Shown: positions 53,919-63,888, counted from the first letter of the stretch. The stretch is 64,000 nucleotides of DNA from Marmoricola sp. (GCA_025965195.1 JAOPXK010000112.1:6-64005), one strand, 5' to 3'. The notes: generated from the sequence alone by a model not told the origin. A program made the numbers and translations.

Positions 53919-54953
53919 TCAGGCGAGCAGCTCGGCAACCTCGTTGATCTCCTCCGGTGAGCGGCTGCTGAGCAACAACGTCGACACACCGTTGGCCTCC
54001 CACTCCTGGACCCGGTCCCGCACCTTCGCCCTGTCGCCGATGATGTGCAGCTCATCGACGAGCTTGTCGGGGACACGCGCGGTCGCCTCGTCCTTGCGGC
54101 CCGCGAGGTAGAGCTCCTGGACCTCGTTGGCCACGTCGGCGTACCCCATCCGCTCGAAGACCTGCTTGTGGAAGTTCTGGTCCTTTGCGCCCATGCCGCC
54201 CATGTAGAGCGCGACGAACGGCTTCATCCCATTGATCACCGACTCGGCGTCGTCAGTGATCTGGAGGTGGCAGGTCGCCGCGATCTCGAACGTCTCGCGG
54301 GTGTGCCGCGCACCTGGCCGGGCAAACCCTTCGTCGAGCCAGGGCTGGTACATCGAGGCGGCTCCGGGCGAGAAGAAGATCGGCAGCCAGCCGTCCGCGA
54401 TCTCGGCCGTCTGGGCAACGTTCTTGGGACCTTCGGCACCCAGCCAGATCGGGATGTCGGATCGCAGCGGATGCACGATCGACTTGAGCGGCTTGCCGAG
54501 ACCGACACCCCCAGGACCGTTGTAGGGAAGGGGATAGTGCGGTCCGTCGTTGGTGACCGGCGCCTCCCTGGCAAGGACCTGACGGATGATGTCGACGACC
54601 TCGCGGGTGCGCGCAAGCGGCTTGCCGAACGGCTGGCCGTACCAGCCCTCGACCACCTGCGGACCGCTGACGCCCATGCCCAGGATCATCCGGCCGCTGG
54701 AGAGATGGTCGAGTGTCAGGGCGTGCATCGCGATCGAGGTCGGGGAGCGCCCGGACATCTGCACGATCGAGGTACCGAGCTTGATGCGGGTGGTCTCCCG
54801 ACCCCACCAGGCCAGCGGGGTGAAGGCATCGGAGCCCCACGCCTCGGCCGTGAACACCGCGTCGAACCCGGCAGCCTCCGCGGCAGCCACCAGGTCGCTC
54901 GTATTCGTCGGCGGCTGTGCGCCCCAGTAGCCCAACTGCAGTCCGAGCTTCAT
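53919..54953 (-). CDS. LLM-class F420-dependent oxidoreductase (Rv3520c-like)
   Basis: MKLGLQLGYWG, AEAWGSDAFTPL, GVSGPQVVEGWYG and WLGAEGPKNV motifs. Confidence 0.9.
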   Translation of the reverse strand: MKLGLQLGYWGAQPPTNTSDLVAAAEAAGFDAVFTAEAWGSDAFTPLAWWGRETTRIKLGTSIVQMSGRSPTSIAMHALTLDHLSSGRMILGMGVSGPQVVEGWYGQPFGKPLARTREVVDIIRQVLAREAPVTNDGPHYPLPYNGPGGVGLGKPLKSIVHPLRSDIPIWLGAEGPKNVAQTAEIADGWLPIFFSPGAASMYQPWLDEGFARPGARHTRETFEIAATCHLQITDDAESVINGMKPFVALYMGGMGAKDQNFHKQVFERMGYADVANEVQELYLAGRKDEATARVPDKLVDELHIIGDRAKVRDRVQEWEANGVSTLLLSSRSPEEINEVAELLA

Positions 54954-55005
54954 GTCCACACTCCGTTTCGAAGGTTTGGGCCTCTTCGGTCCTTGCGACC
55001 AAGAC

Positions 55006-55019
55006 TAGAACGTGTTTCA
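55006..55019. promoter_or_regulatory. KstR-type operator (LLM gene / OB-fold-ltp4-ltp3)
   Basis: TAGAACGTGTTTCA, perfect TnnAACnnGTTnnA. Confidence 0.85.
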
Positions 55020-55029
55020 CTTCTGAGCC

Positions 55030-56025
55030 ATGACCGGCATCGCATCAGATCCAGCAATTCGCACTCTCCATGCACCCATGAGAGTCGACTTCGACTACAC
55101 CCGGTCACTCGGCCCGGTGCTCTCCCAGTTCATGACGGGTCTCCGTGATCGTCGCATCCTCGGTGGCGTGCTCAGCGACGGACAAGTCGCCGTACCGCCT
55201 CCGGAGTACGACGGCAGCACACACCAGCCGGTCACCGAGCTGGTCCCGGTCGGTGACGAAGGTGTCGTGCAGACCTGGGCCTGGGTCTCGGAGCCGGTCG
55301 ACGACCAGCCGCTCTCGGTGCCGTTCGCCTTTGCGCTGATCCTTCTCGATGGTGCCGACGTGCCGCTGCTGCATGCTGTTGCGGTCGACTCCCCCGCTGC
55401 GATGGAGACCGGACTCCGGGTCAAGGTCCAGTGGGCCGCGGAGACCAGGGGCGCGATCACCGACATCGCCTGCTTCGTGCCGGTCGGTGCATCGGAGGTG
55501 GTCTCGACAAGCTCGAGCACCGAGGGAAGCTCGATCACCGAGGGCGCCGTGACGACCCTGATCACCCCGGTCAACCTCGCCTATGACTACGCGGCCTCCC
55601 CGGAGGAGTCGAAGTTCTTCCGCGGCCTCGCGGAGGGCAAGATCCTCGGCCAGCGCTGCCCGAAGTGCGAGAAGGTCTACGTCCCGCCGCGCGGTGCCTG
55701 TCCGGTCGACGGGGTGCCGACGACCGACGAGATCGAGCTGCCCGACAAGGGCACCCTGACGACGTTCTGCATCGTGAACGTGCCCTTCCTGGGTCAGAAG
55801 ATCGTCCCGCCGTACGTCTCGGCGTACGTCCTGCTCGACGGTGCGGACATCGGCTTCCTGCACCTGATCCTCGGCGTCGATGCCGCGGAGGTGCGGATGG
55901 GCATGCGAGTCAAGGCAGTCTGGAAACCACGAGACGAGTGGGGTACGACCATCGAGAACATCAGCCATTTCGAGCCGACCGGTGAACCGGACGCCGACTA
56001 CGACACCTACAAGCAGCACCTCTGA
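55030..56025 (+). CDS. tandem OB-fold / Zn-ribbon partner of the sterol thiolase-aldolase (Rv3521-like)
   Basis: Two DUF35-like OB units; the second has CPKC...CPVD; the first lacks Cys; a Ser/Thr-rich linker contains a repeat copy. Confidence 0.85.
   Translation: MTGIASDPAIRTLHAPMRVDFDYTRSLGPVLSQFMTGLRDRRILGGVLSDGQVAVPPPEYDGSTHQPVTELVPVGDEGVVQTWAWVSEPVDDQPLSVPFAFALILLDGADVPLLHAVAVDSPAAMETGLRVKVQWAAETRGAITDIACFVPVGASEVVSTSSSTEGSSITEGAVTTLITPVNLAYDYAASPEESKFFRGLAEGKILGQRCPKCEKVYVPPRGACPVDGVPTTDEIELPDKGTLTTFCIVNVPFLGQKIVPPYVSAYVLLDGADIGFLHLILGVDAAEVRMGMRVKAVWKPRDEWGTTIENISHFEPTGEPDADYDTYKQHL
55500..55544. repeat. dispersed REP-like repeat copy inside the OB-fold linker
   Basis: GGTCTCGACAAGCTCGAGCACCGAGGG followed by a second partial unit AAGCTCGATCACCGAGGG; near-identical to the reverse complement of 58351-58377. 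Confidence 0.8.
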
Positions 56026-57074
56026 TGCGGGACGTAGCGGTCGTCGGGTTCGCCCAGCGACAGATGAAGGAGTTCGAGGGCTCGCCCACCTGCGTCGAGC
56101 TGCTCGTGCCGATCTTTGCCGAGCTCTTCGAGCAGACCGGCTGGACCAAGGACGACATCGGCTTCTGGTGCTCCGGCTCGAGCGACTACCTGGCCGGGCG
56201 GTCGTTCTCGTTCGTCACGGCCGTCGACGCGATCGGCGCGCTGCCTCCGGTGATGGAGTCCCACGTCGAGATGGACGCCGCCTGGGCGCTCTACGAGGCG
56301 TGGATCAAGATCCAGACCGGTGAGGTCGACACGGCCCTGGTCTACGGCTTCGGCAAGGCCTCAGCGGGAGTCCTCCGCCGGACGCTGGCGCTGCAGCTCG
56401 ACCCCTACACGATGACCCCACTCTGGCCCGACACCGTGTCGATCGCCGGCATGCAGGCCCGACTCGGGATCGAACACGGTCGCTGGGACGCGAGGGCGAT
56501 GGCAGCAGTGGTCGCACACTCGCGGACCAGCTCGCTCGACAACGAGTACGCCGTGCTGAAGGGCGCGATGTCGGTTGACGACGTACTCGCCGAGGAGCTG
56601 TACGCCGACCCGCTGCGACGCTCCGACTGCGCACCGGTCAACGACGGCGCCGCCGCGATCGTGCTCGCCGCCTCCGAACGGGCCGGCGAGGCGTCCACGA
56701 GGCCGGCCTGGATCACCGGGATCGAGCACCGGGTGGACCCGCTCCACCTGGGCGCCCGCGACCTGACCCGCTCCCCGAGTGCCGCTGCAGCGGGCAAGGC
56801 GGCCGGCAGCGCCGGCGTCGACCTCGCCGAGCTGCACGCTCCGTTCTCGCACCAGGAGCTGATCCTCCGCGAGGAGCTCGGCCTGTCCGAGAACACCAGG
56901 ATCAACCCGTCGGGTGGCGCCCTGGGCGCCAACCCGATGTTCTCCGCTGGTCTGATCCGGATCGGCGAGGCAGCCAAGCGGATCTGGGCCGGCGAGTCCG
57001 ACAAGGCGCTCGGCCATGCCACCTCCGGGCCGGCACTGCAACAGAATCTCGTCTGTGTGATGGAGGGCCGCTGA
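56025..57074 (+). CDS. ltp4: thiolase-like lipid-transfer protein Ltp4
   Basis: WCSGSSDYLAGRSFSF, SHVEMDAAWALYEAW and INPSGGAL; synteny. Confidence 0.85.
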   Translation: MRDVAVVGFAQRQMKEFEGSPTCVELLVPIFAELFEQTGWTKDDIGFWCSGSSDYLAGRSFSFVTAVDAIGALPPVMESHVEMDAAWALYEAWIKIQTGEVDTALVYGFGKASAGVLRRTLALQLDPYTMTPLWPDTVSIAGMQARLGIEHGRWDARAMAAVVAHSRTSSLDNEYAVLKGAMSVDDVLAEELYADPLRRSDCAPVNDGAAAIVLAASERAGEASTRPAWITGIEHRVDPLHLGARDLTRSPSAAAAGKAAGSAGVDLAELHAPFSHQELILREELGLSENTRINPSGGALGANPMFSAGLIRIGEAAKRIWAGESDKALGHATSGPALQQNLVCVMEGR

Positions 57075-57075
57075 G

Positions 57076-58266
57076 ATGGCTGGTATCGACGGGCTCAACC
57101 ACCGCAAGACGCTGGCCGCCGTGATCGGCGTCGGCCAGACCCATCACCGTGCGAAGCGCGAGGACGTGTCGATCGCCGGACTCTGCCGCGAAGCCATCGA
57201 CCGCGCTCTCGAGGATGCCGGGCTGACCTTCGACGACATCGACGCGGTGGTCATCGGCAAGGCACCAGACCTGTTCGAGGGCGTGATGATGCCGGAGCTC
57301 TACCTCGCCGAGGCACTCGGCGCGGTGGGCAAGCCGTTGCTGCGCGTGCACACGGCCGGCTCCGTGGGTGGTACGACGGCCATCGTCGCGGCCTCCCTGG
57401 TCCAGGCCGGTGTGCACGACCGCGTGCTCACCGTCGCCTTCGAGAAGCAGTCCGAGTCCAACGCGATGTGGGCGCTCTCGGTGCCGGTGCCGTTCATCAT
57501 GCCAGTGCACGCCGGCGCGGGCGGCTACTTCGCCCCGCACGTCCGGTCCTACATCCGGCGTTCGGGCGCACCCGGTCACATCGGCGCGATGGTCGCTGCA
57601 AAGGACCGCCAGAACGCGCTGAAGAACCCCTACGCGCACCTGCACAACGAGGGCACGACCGTCGAGACCGTCCTCGCGTCCCAGATGCTCTGGGACCCGA
57701 TCCGGTACGACGAGACCTGCCCGTCGTCGGACGGCGCCTGCGCAATGGTCATCGCCAGCGAAGCCGTGGTCGACGCGTCGGACGTCAAGAACCCGGCCTG
57801 GATCCACGGGACCCAGATGCGTTCGGAGCCGACCACGGCTGCCGAACGCGACCAGGTGAACCCGCACGCCGGCCGGGCAGCCGCTGCCGCGCTCTGGAAG
57901 CAGGCCGGCATCACGAACCCCCTCGAGGAGATCGACTGCGCGGAGGTCTACGTGCCGTTCTCGTGGTTCGAGCCGATGTGGATGGAGAACCTCGGCTTCG
58001 CCGCCGAGGGCGAGGGCTGGAAGCTCACCGAGTCGGGAGCCACCGCGATCGGTGGCCAGCTCCCGGTGAACATGAGCGGCGGCGTGCTGTCCTCCAACCC
58101 GATCGGAGCCTCTGGCATGCTCCGCTTCGCCGAGGCCGCGCTGCAGGTGATGGGTGAGGCCGGCGAGCACCAGGTCGACGGCGCGAGCCGCGCACTCGGA
58201 CACGCCTACGGCGGCGGTTCCCAGTTCTTCGCAATGTGGGTTGTCGGCGCGCAGAAGCCTGCCTGA
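57076..58266 (+). CDS. ltp3: thiolase-like protein Ltp3
   Basis: GKAPDLFEGVMMPE, EKQSESNAMWAL, DETCPSSDGAC and GHAYGGGSQFF. Confidence 0.9.
   Translation: MAGIDGLNHRKTLAAVIGVGQTHHRAKREDVSIAGLCREAIDRALEDAGLTFDDIDAVVIGKAPDLFEGVMMPELYLAEALGAVGKPLLRVHTAGSVGGTTAIVAASLVQAGVHDRVLTVAFEKQSESNAMWALSVPVPFIMPVHAGAGGYFAPHVRSYIRRSGAPGHIGAMVAAKDRQNALKNPYAHLHNEGTTVETVLASQMLWDPIRYDETCPSSDGACAMVIASEAVVDASDVKNPAWIHGTQMRSEPTTAAERDQVNPHAGRAAAAALWKQAGITNPLEEIDCAEVYVPFSWFEPMWMENLGFAAEGEGWKLTESGATAIGGQLPVNMSGGVLSSNPIGASGMLRFAEAALQVMGEAGEHQVDGASRALGHAYGGGSQFFAMWVVGAQKPA
57081..57104. repeat. dispersed REP-like repeat copy inside the ltp3 5' end
   Basis: TGGTATCGACGGGCTCAACCACCG, 21 of 24 nt identical to the kshA copy read on the minus strand (TGGTCTCGACAGGCTCGACCACCG). 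Confidence 0.65.
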
Positions 58267-58310
58267 GTTCTGCACCGAGGGTGGCCGACAAACACAGCTA
58301 GCGGACACGA

Positions 58311-58347
58311 CAGAAGGCCCCGATCACGAGGTGATCGGGGCCTTCTG
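58311..58347. terminator. bidirectional terminator hairpin between ltp3 and cyp125
   Basis: CAGAAGGCCCCGATCAC-GAG-GTGATCGGGGCCTTCTG, a perfect 17-bp stem between convergent genes. Confidence 0.85.
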
Positions 58348-58350
58348 GCT

Positions 58351-58377
58351 TGCCTCGGTGGTCGAGCTTGTCGAGAC
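58351..58377. repeat. intergenic copy of the dispersed REP-like repeat
   Basis: TGCCTCGGTGGTCGAGCTTGTCGAGAC abutting the cyp125 stop codon. Confidence 0.8.
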
Positions 58378-59612
58378 TAGGCGTACTTGACCGGAAGGTC
58401 CTTGATGCCGTTGATCCAGCCGCTGCGCAGTCGGCGTACGTCCCCGGTCTTGGTGATGTCCGGGGCGTAGTCGGCAAGGGCGTTGAACATCAGGTTGACT
58501 TCCTGGCGGGCCAGGTTGGCGCCGATGCAGTAGTGCGCGCCGTGACCGCCGAACGCCACATGCGGGTTCGGGTCACGGGTGATGTCGAACGTGTGCGGGT
58601 CCTTGAACACGTCGGTGTCGTAGTTCGCGCTTGCGTAGAAGAGCCCGACACGCTGGCCCTTCTTGACCGGGACACCGCCGACCTCGACGTCGTTCAGCGC
58701 GGTGCGCTGGAAGGCGCTCACGGGTGTCGCCCAGCGGATCACCTCGTCGACCATCGTGGCCGGGCGCTCCTTCTTCCAGAGCTCCCACTGGTCGGGATTC
58801 TCGAGGAAGGCGTTCATCCCGTGGGTGATGGCGTTCCGGGTGGTCTCGTTGCCCGCGACCGTCAGGATGATCACGAAGTAGCCGAACTCGTCGTCGGTCA
58901 GGCCTCGGCCGTCGACGTCGGCGTGCACCAGCTTGGTGACCAGGTCATCGCGCGGGTTGGCCTTGCGGTCGGCAGCCATCTCCATCGAGTAGCCCAGGAT
59001 CTCGGCAGCGGCCGTGTCCGGGTCGACGGAGTACTCCGGGTCGTCGTACGCCAGCATCTGGTTGGACCAGTCGAACAGCTTGCGCCGGTCCTCCTGGGGT
59101 ACGCCGAGCAGGTCGGCGATCGCCTGCAGGGGCAGCTCGCAGGCGACCTCCTCCACGAAGTTGCCGGTGCCGCGGGCGACCGCTTCCTCGACGATCTGCT
59201 TGGCGCGCGTCGTCATGATCTCGTCGAGCGCACCGATCGCGCGCGGCGTGAAACCGCGGGAGATGATGCGCCGCGTGGTGGTGTGGTCCGGCGGGTCCTG
59301 GTTGATGATCATCACCCGCTGGAACTCGACCATCTCGCGCAGCATGTCGGGCTGGAAACGGATGATTGCGCCGTTCTCCGCCGTCGAGAAGTCCTTGCTG
59401 TTCTTGGAGACCGCAGAGACGTCGGCATGCTTGGTGAGCGCCCAGAAGCCGGTGCCACCCTCCATGCCGGCCCGAGCCTCGGGCGCCTGCTCGATCCAGT
59501 GCACCGGGGCGGTGCTACGCAGCTCGAGGAACTCCTTGTACGGAATGCCTGCTTCGTTCAGACCCGGGTCTGTCGGGTCGAACCCTTCGGGCAGTACGGG
59601 TGCAGCGGTCAC
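58377..59612 (-). CDS. cyp125: steroid C26/C27 monooxygenase cytochrome P450
   Basis: VAGNETTRN (I-helix), EVIRWA (ExxR) and FGGHGAHYCIG (heme Cys); divergent from fadA5. Confidence 0.9.
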   Translation of the reverse strand: MTAAPVLPEGFDPTDPGLNEAGIPYKEFLELRSTAPVHWIEQAPEARAGMEGGTGFWALTKHADVSAVSKNSKDFSTAENGAIIRFQPDMLREMVEFQRVMIINQDPPDHTTTRRIISRGFTPRAIGALDEIMTTRAKQIVEEAVARGTGNFVEEVACELPLQAIADLLGVPQEDRRKLFDWSNQMLAYDDPEYSVDPDTAAAEILGYSMEMAADRKANPRDDLVTKLVHADVDGRGLTDDEFGYFVIILTVAGNETTRNAITHGMNAFLENPDQWELWKKERPATMVDEVIRWATPVSAFQRTALNDVEVGGVPVKKGQRVGLFYASANYDTDVFKDPHTFDITRDPNPHVAFGGHGAHYCIGANLARQEVNLMFNALADYAPDITKTGDVRRLRSGWINGIKDLPVKYA

Positions 59613-59629
59613 GGTAATCCTCCCAAATC

Positions 59630-59643
59630 TGGAACACGTTCTA
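59630..59643. promoter_or_regulatory. KstR-type operator upstream of cyp125
   Basis: TGGAACACGTTCTA, perfect consensus. Confidence 0.85.
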
Positions 59644-59736
59644 GTAAGGAGGTTACATACTCTCGGTACCTTTCGGAAGGGCCGACGACGTTTCGGCGGA
59701 TGTTTCTCACCGCTCGACGTGGCGGTTGTGCTCAGC

Positions 59737-59750
59737 GAGAACGTGTTCTA
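59737..59750. promoter_or_regulatory. KstR-type operator upstream of fadA5
   Basis: GAGAACGTGTTCTA (reverse complement TAGAACACGTTCTC). Confidence 0.8.
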
Positions 59751-59777
59751 GTTTTAGATGTTCAGTAGCCATCTTGA

Positions 59778-60953
<1,176 letters not shown>

Positions 60954-60956
60954 AGC

Positions 60957-61004
60957 CGAATTCCCACGGTATGTAGGTTTCCTTCGTCTCCCTGAGGTGT
61001 GCAG
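60957..61004 (+). repeat. left terminal inverted repeat
   Basis: CGAATTCCCACGGTATGTAGGTTTCCTTCGTCTCCCTGAGGTGTGCAG is the exact reverse complement of 62148-62195; imperfect extension to 61033. Confidence 0.95.
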
Positions 61005-61172
61005 CAGTCAGAATGACGAAGGATCCATTGGGATGTCCGAGGTCGTTGGGCGCATCCACGGGGTCCCGATCTGGCCACCCCAATCGTCCACAGCCACTCG
61101 CGCGTGACGGTTCTCCACCTATCCGGCTCAGACCGTTGGTAGGACGACCGCACAGTGCGATCTTTCCGGTCC

Positions 61173-62108
61173 ATGGATGAACTCATCGAGCTCGTTAGCC
61201 AGTCCGGCGTACTCCTCCGAAGGGAAGCCTTGGCGAACGGCTTCACCGACCAGGACCTTTCTAGGGGGCTCCGGCACGGGCTGCTGCGGCGCGTCCGCCA
61301 CGGCGCGTACACGACTCCCGAACACTGGGACCACGCTTCGGCAACAGAACGACATCGCCTCAGGTGCATCGCTGTTGATCGATCGCTGAAAGGTCAAGTG
61401 GTGTTCACCCACACGTCGGCTCTGGTGATGCACGGCGTCGCCATCTGGGGCGCATCGCTCGACCGCGTACACGTGACGAGGCTCGACGGCATCGGACGCA
61501 CGGATGCAGGCGTTGTCCATCACGAAGGGCGCGTTGCGGAGGCTGAGACGACCACTGCCGGAGGACTCCTTGTCACAACCCCGGGGCGGGCGGTCGTCGA
61601 GCACGCCTCGTTGACCTCCGTCGAGTCGGGCCTCGTGTCGGCGGACTCCGCGCTCCGACGTAACGACCTCGACTTCGATCAACTCGCACGTCAGTTCATG
61701 TCGATGGAGCACTGGCCAGGCACGCGCAGGGTCCACATCGTGGTACGTCTTGCAGACGGTCGTGCCGAGTCAGCTGGAGAGACACGGTCGCGCTACCTCT
61801 GTTGGCGGCATCACCTACCCGCGCCGGAGCTCCAGTTCGAGGTGTATGACGAGTTCGGGCTCGTCGGCGTGACAGACATGGCGTGGCCGGAGCGAAAGCT
61901 CCTCGGGGAGTTCGACGGCAAGATCAAGTACGGTCGCCTCCTCAAACCCGGACAGGAACCGGGCGACGTCGTCTTCGCAGAGAAGCGCCGTGAGGACCGC
62001 CTGCGCGAGATCACTGGGTGGCAGATGGTTCGGCTGGTCTGGTCAGACCTCGAAGATGCCGCCTACACCGCGAGCCGGATCAGGCGCATGCTCTTCCGCG
62101 CGGCCTGA
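61173..62108 (+). CDS. AbiEi-antitoxin-like wHTH + C-terminal PD-(D/E)xK (DUF559/Vsr-like) domain protein
   Basis: N-terminal GVLLRREALANG...LLRRVRHGAY; FTHTSALVMHG; AESAGETRSR, PELQFEV, TDMAWPERKLLGEFDG and GWQMVRLVWSDL; alternative GTG start at 61155. Confidence 0.8.
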   Translation: MDELIELVSQSGVLLRREALANGFTDQDLSRGLRHGLLRRVRHGAYTTPEHWDHASATERHRLRCIAVDRSLKGQVVFTHTSALVMHGVAIWGASLDRVHVTRLDGIGRTDAGVVHHEGRVAEAETTTAGGLLVTTPGRAVVEHASLTSVESGLVSADSALRRNDLDFDQLARQFMSMEHWPGTRRVHIVVRLADGRAESAGETRSRYLCWRHHLPAPELQFEVYDEFGLVGVTDMAWPERKLLGEFDGKIKYGRLLKPGQEPGDVVFAEKRREDRLREITGWQMVRLVWSDLEDAAYTASRIRRMLFRAA

Positions 62109-62147
62109 TCGCCGTACTTCCCAATGAATCCTGATGCGTCCCGAGTT

Positions 62148-62195
62148 CTGCACACCTCAGGGAGACGAAGGAAACCTACATACCGTGGGAATTCG
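62148..62195 (-). repeat. right terminal inverted repeat
   Basis: Exact reverse complement of 60957-61004; imperfect extension inward to 62119. Confidence 0.95.
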
Positions 62196-62198
62196 ACC

Positions 62199-63104
62199 CT
62201 AGGCACCGTAGACGGGCTCGGGAGGGGTGCCCTCGGCGATCAGGTCGCGAAGCGCACTACCGACCTCGGCGGTCTCCCAGCGACGGCCGATGTCCTTCTT
62301 GGGACCGTGCCGCCAGCCTTCCTCGACGCAGATCTGGCCACCCTCGATCTCGATGACGCGACCGGTCACGTCGCCGGCCTCTTCGGAGGCGAGCCACGCC
62401 ACGATCGGCGAGTTGTTCGCCGGGTCCATCGCGTCGAAACCGCCTTCGACGCCCGCCATCATCTCGGGGAATGCGCCTTCGGTCATCCGGGTCCGGGCCA
62501 CCGGGGCGATCGCATTGACCGTCACGCCGTACCTCCCCATCTCGGCCGCCGCAACGATCGTCATGCCGGCGATCCCGGCCTTGGCAGCGGAGTACGTCGT
62601 CTGCCCGATCGAGCCCTGCATGCCGGCGCCCGACGAGGTGTTGATGACCCGGGCGACCCGTTGCCGGCCTTCCTTGGACTCGGCACGCCAGTAGGCGCCC
62701 GCGTGCCGCAGGGGTGCGAAGTGGCCCTTGAGGTGGACGCGGATCACGGCATCCCACTCCTCCTCGGCAGTGTTCACCAGCATCCGGTCGCGCAGGAAGC
62801 CGGCGTTGTTCACCAGGATGTCGAGGCCGCCGAACGTGTCGATCGCCTGCCGCACCATCGCGGCCGCCTGCTCGAAGTCGGCGACGTCCGCACCGTTGGC
62901 GACGGCGTGCCCACCCAACTCCTTGATCAGTGCGACCACTTCGTGGGCCGGCCCCTCGGAGGAACCCTGGCCGTCGGCGGTCACGCCGAAGTCGTTCACC
63001 ACGACCTTCGCGCCCTGCCGCGCCAGCTCGAGCGCGTGCTCACGCCCAATGCCGCGGCCCGCGCCGGTCACGATCGCGATGCGTCCTTCGAGGATCCGGG
63101 TCAC
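62199..63104 (-). CDS. SDR oxidoreductase (Rv3548c-like, steroid C/D-ring cluster)
   Basis: TGAGRGIG, VVVNDFG, NNAGFLRDRM and YSAAKAG; start taken at GTG (VTRILEG). Confidence 0.88.
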   Translation of the reverse strand: MTRILEGRIAIVTGAGRGIGREHALELARQGAKVVVNDFGVTADGQGSSEGPAHEVVALIKELGGHAVANGADVADFEQAAAMVRQAIDTFGGLDILVNNAGFLRDRMLVNTAEEEWDAVIRVHLKGHFAPLRHAGAYWRAESKEGRQRVARVINTSSGAGMQGSIGQTTYSAAKAGIAGMTIVAAAEMGRYGVTVNAIAPVARTRMTEGAFPEMMAGVEGGFDAMDPANNSPIVAWLASEEAGDVTGRVIEIEGGQICVEEGWRHGPKKDIGRRWETAEVGSALRDLIAEGTPPEPVYGA

Positions 63105-63126
63105 TGCTTCTCCTGGTTGTCGGGGG

Positions 63127-63888
63127 CTATCGGGGGCTCTCAAGGGCGGTGAGGAACGCGGGTCGCTCTCCCCCGCCATGACATTCGATGCTCGCGCCGC
63201 TGATGTACGACGCAAGCGGCGAGGCCAGGAAGGCCGCAACCGCACCGACCTCGCCAGGCCGGGCCAGCCGGCCCAGCGGGATCGTCCGCTCGATCGCGGC
63301 CACTCCCTCGTCGCCGCCGTAGTGCAGGTCGGTCTGCTCGGTCAGCACCAGGCCGACGTTGATCCCGTTGACACGCACCTTCGGCGCCCACTCGACCGCG
63401 AGCGACTTCGTCAACGAGTCCAGGCCCGCCTTCGCTGCGCCGTACGCCGCGGTGCCCGGTGAGGGCCGTAGCGCCGACACCGAGGAGACGTTCACGATCG
63501 AGCCGCCGTGTTCCTGCGTCTGCATCACGGCGTTGGCCACCTGCATCAGCGCCAGCGGAGCCAGCAGGTTGAGGTCGGTGATCTTGGCGTGAAAGTTCGG
63601 GGACGCCTCCGCTGCCAGGGCGTACGGCGCTCCGCCGGCGTTGTTCACCAGCACGTCCAGCGACCCCTGCGTCGAGACGATCGTCTCGACCAGGTCGACC
63701 ACTGCCAGCGGATCCCTGACGTCACAGGTCAGGTGGGTGGTGCCGACGAGCGCCTCGACCTCGGACCGCGAGCAGGTGACCACCGTGGCGCCGGCCTCGA
63801 GGAAGGACCTGGTGATGCCGAGCCCGACCCCGCGCACTCCCCCGGTCACGAGCACGACCCGACCCGTCAGGTCGATGGAGATGGCCAT
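63127..63888 (-). CDS. SDR oxidoreductase (Rv3549c-like)
   Basis: TGGVRGVG, NNAGGAP, YGAAKAG and VEWAPKVRVN motifs. Confidence 0.88.
   Translation of the reverse strand: MAISIDLTGRVVLVTGGVRGVGLGITRSFLEAGATVVTCSRSEVEALVGTTHLTCDVRDPLAVVDLVETIVSTQGSLDVLVNNAGGAPYALAAEASPNFHAKITDLNLLAPLALMQVANAVMQTQEHGGSIVNVSSVSALRPSPGTAAYGAAKAGLDSLTKSLAVEWAPKVRVNGINVGLVLTEQTDLHYGGDEGVAAIERTIPLGRLARPGEVGAVAAFLASPLASYISGASIECHGGGERPAFLTALESPR

Noticed and set aside
58265-58275. GAGTTCTGCAC shared with the inner part of the right terminal repeat (62143-62153)
   Set aside because: An 11-nt match to an ~80-bp query is expected by chance in 64 kb, and there is no further similarity.
61052-61117. Repeated TCCAC words, one DnaA-box-like (TCGTCCACA), upstream of the AbiEi-like gene
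   Set aside because: Too short and irregular to support a call without alignment to other copies of the element.
61155-62108. Complete type IV toxin-antitoxin (AbiE) system
   Set aside because: No AbiEii nucleotidyltransferase toxin lies inside or beside the cassette; only the antitoxin-like domain is present.
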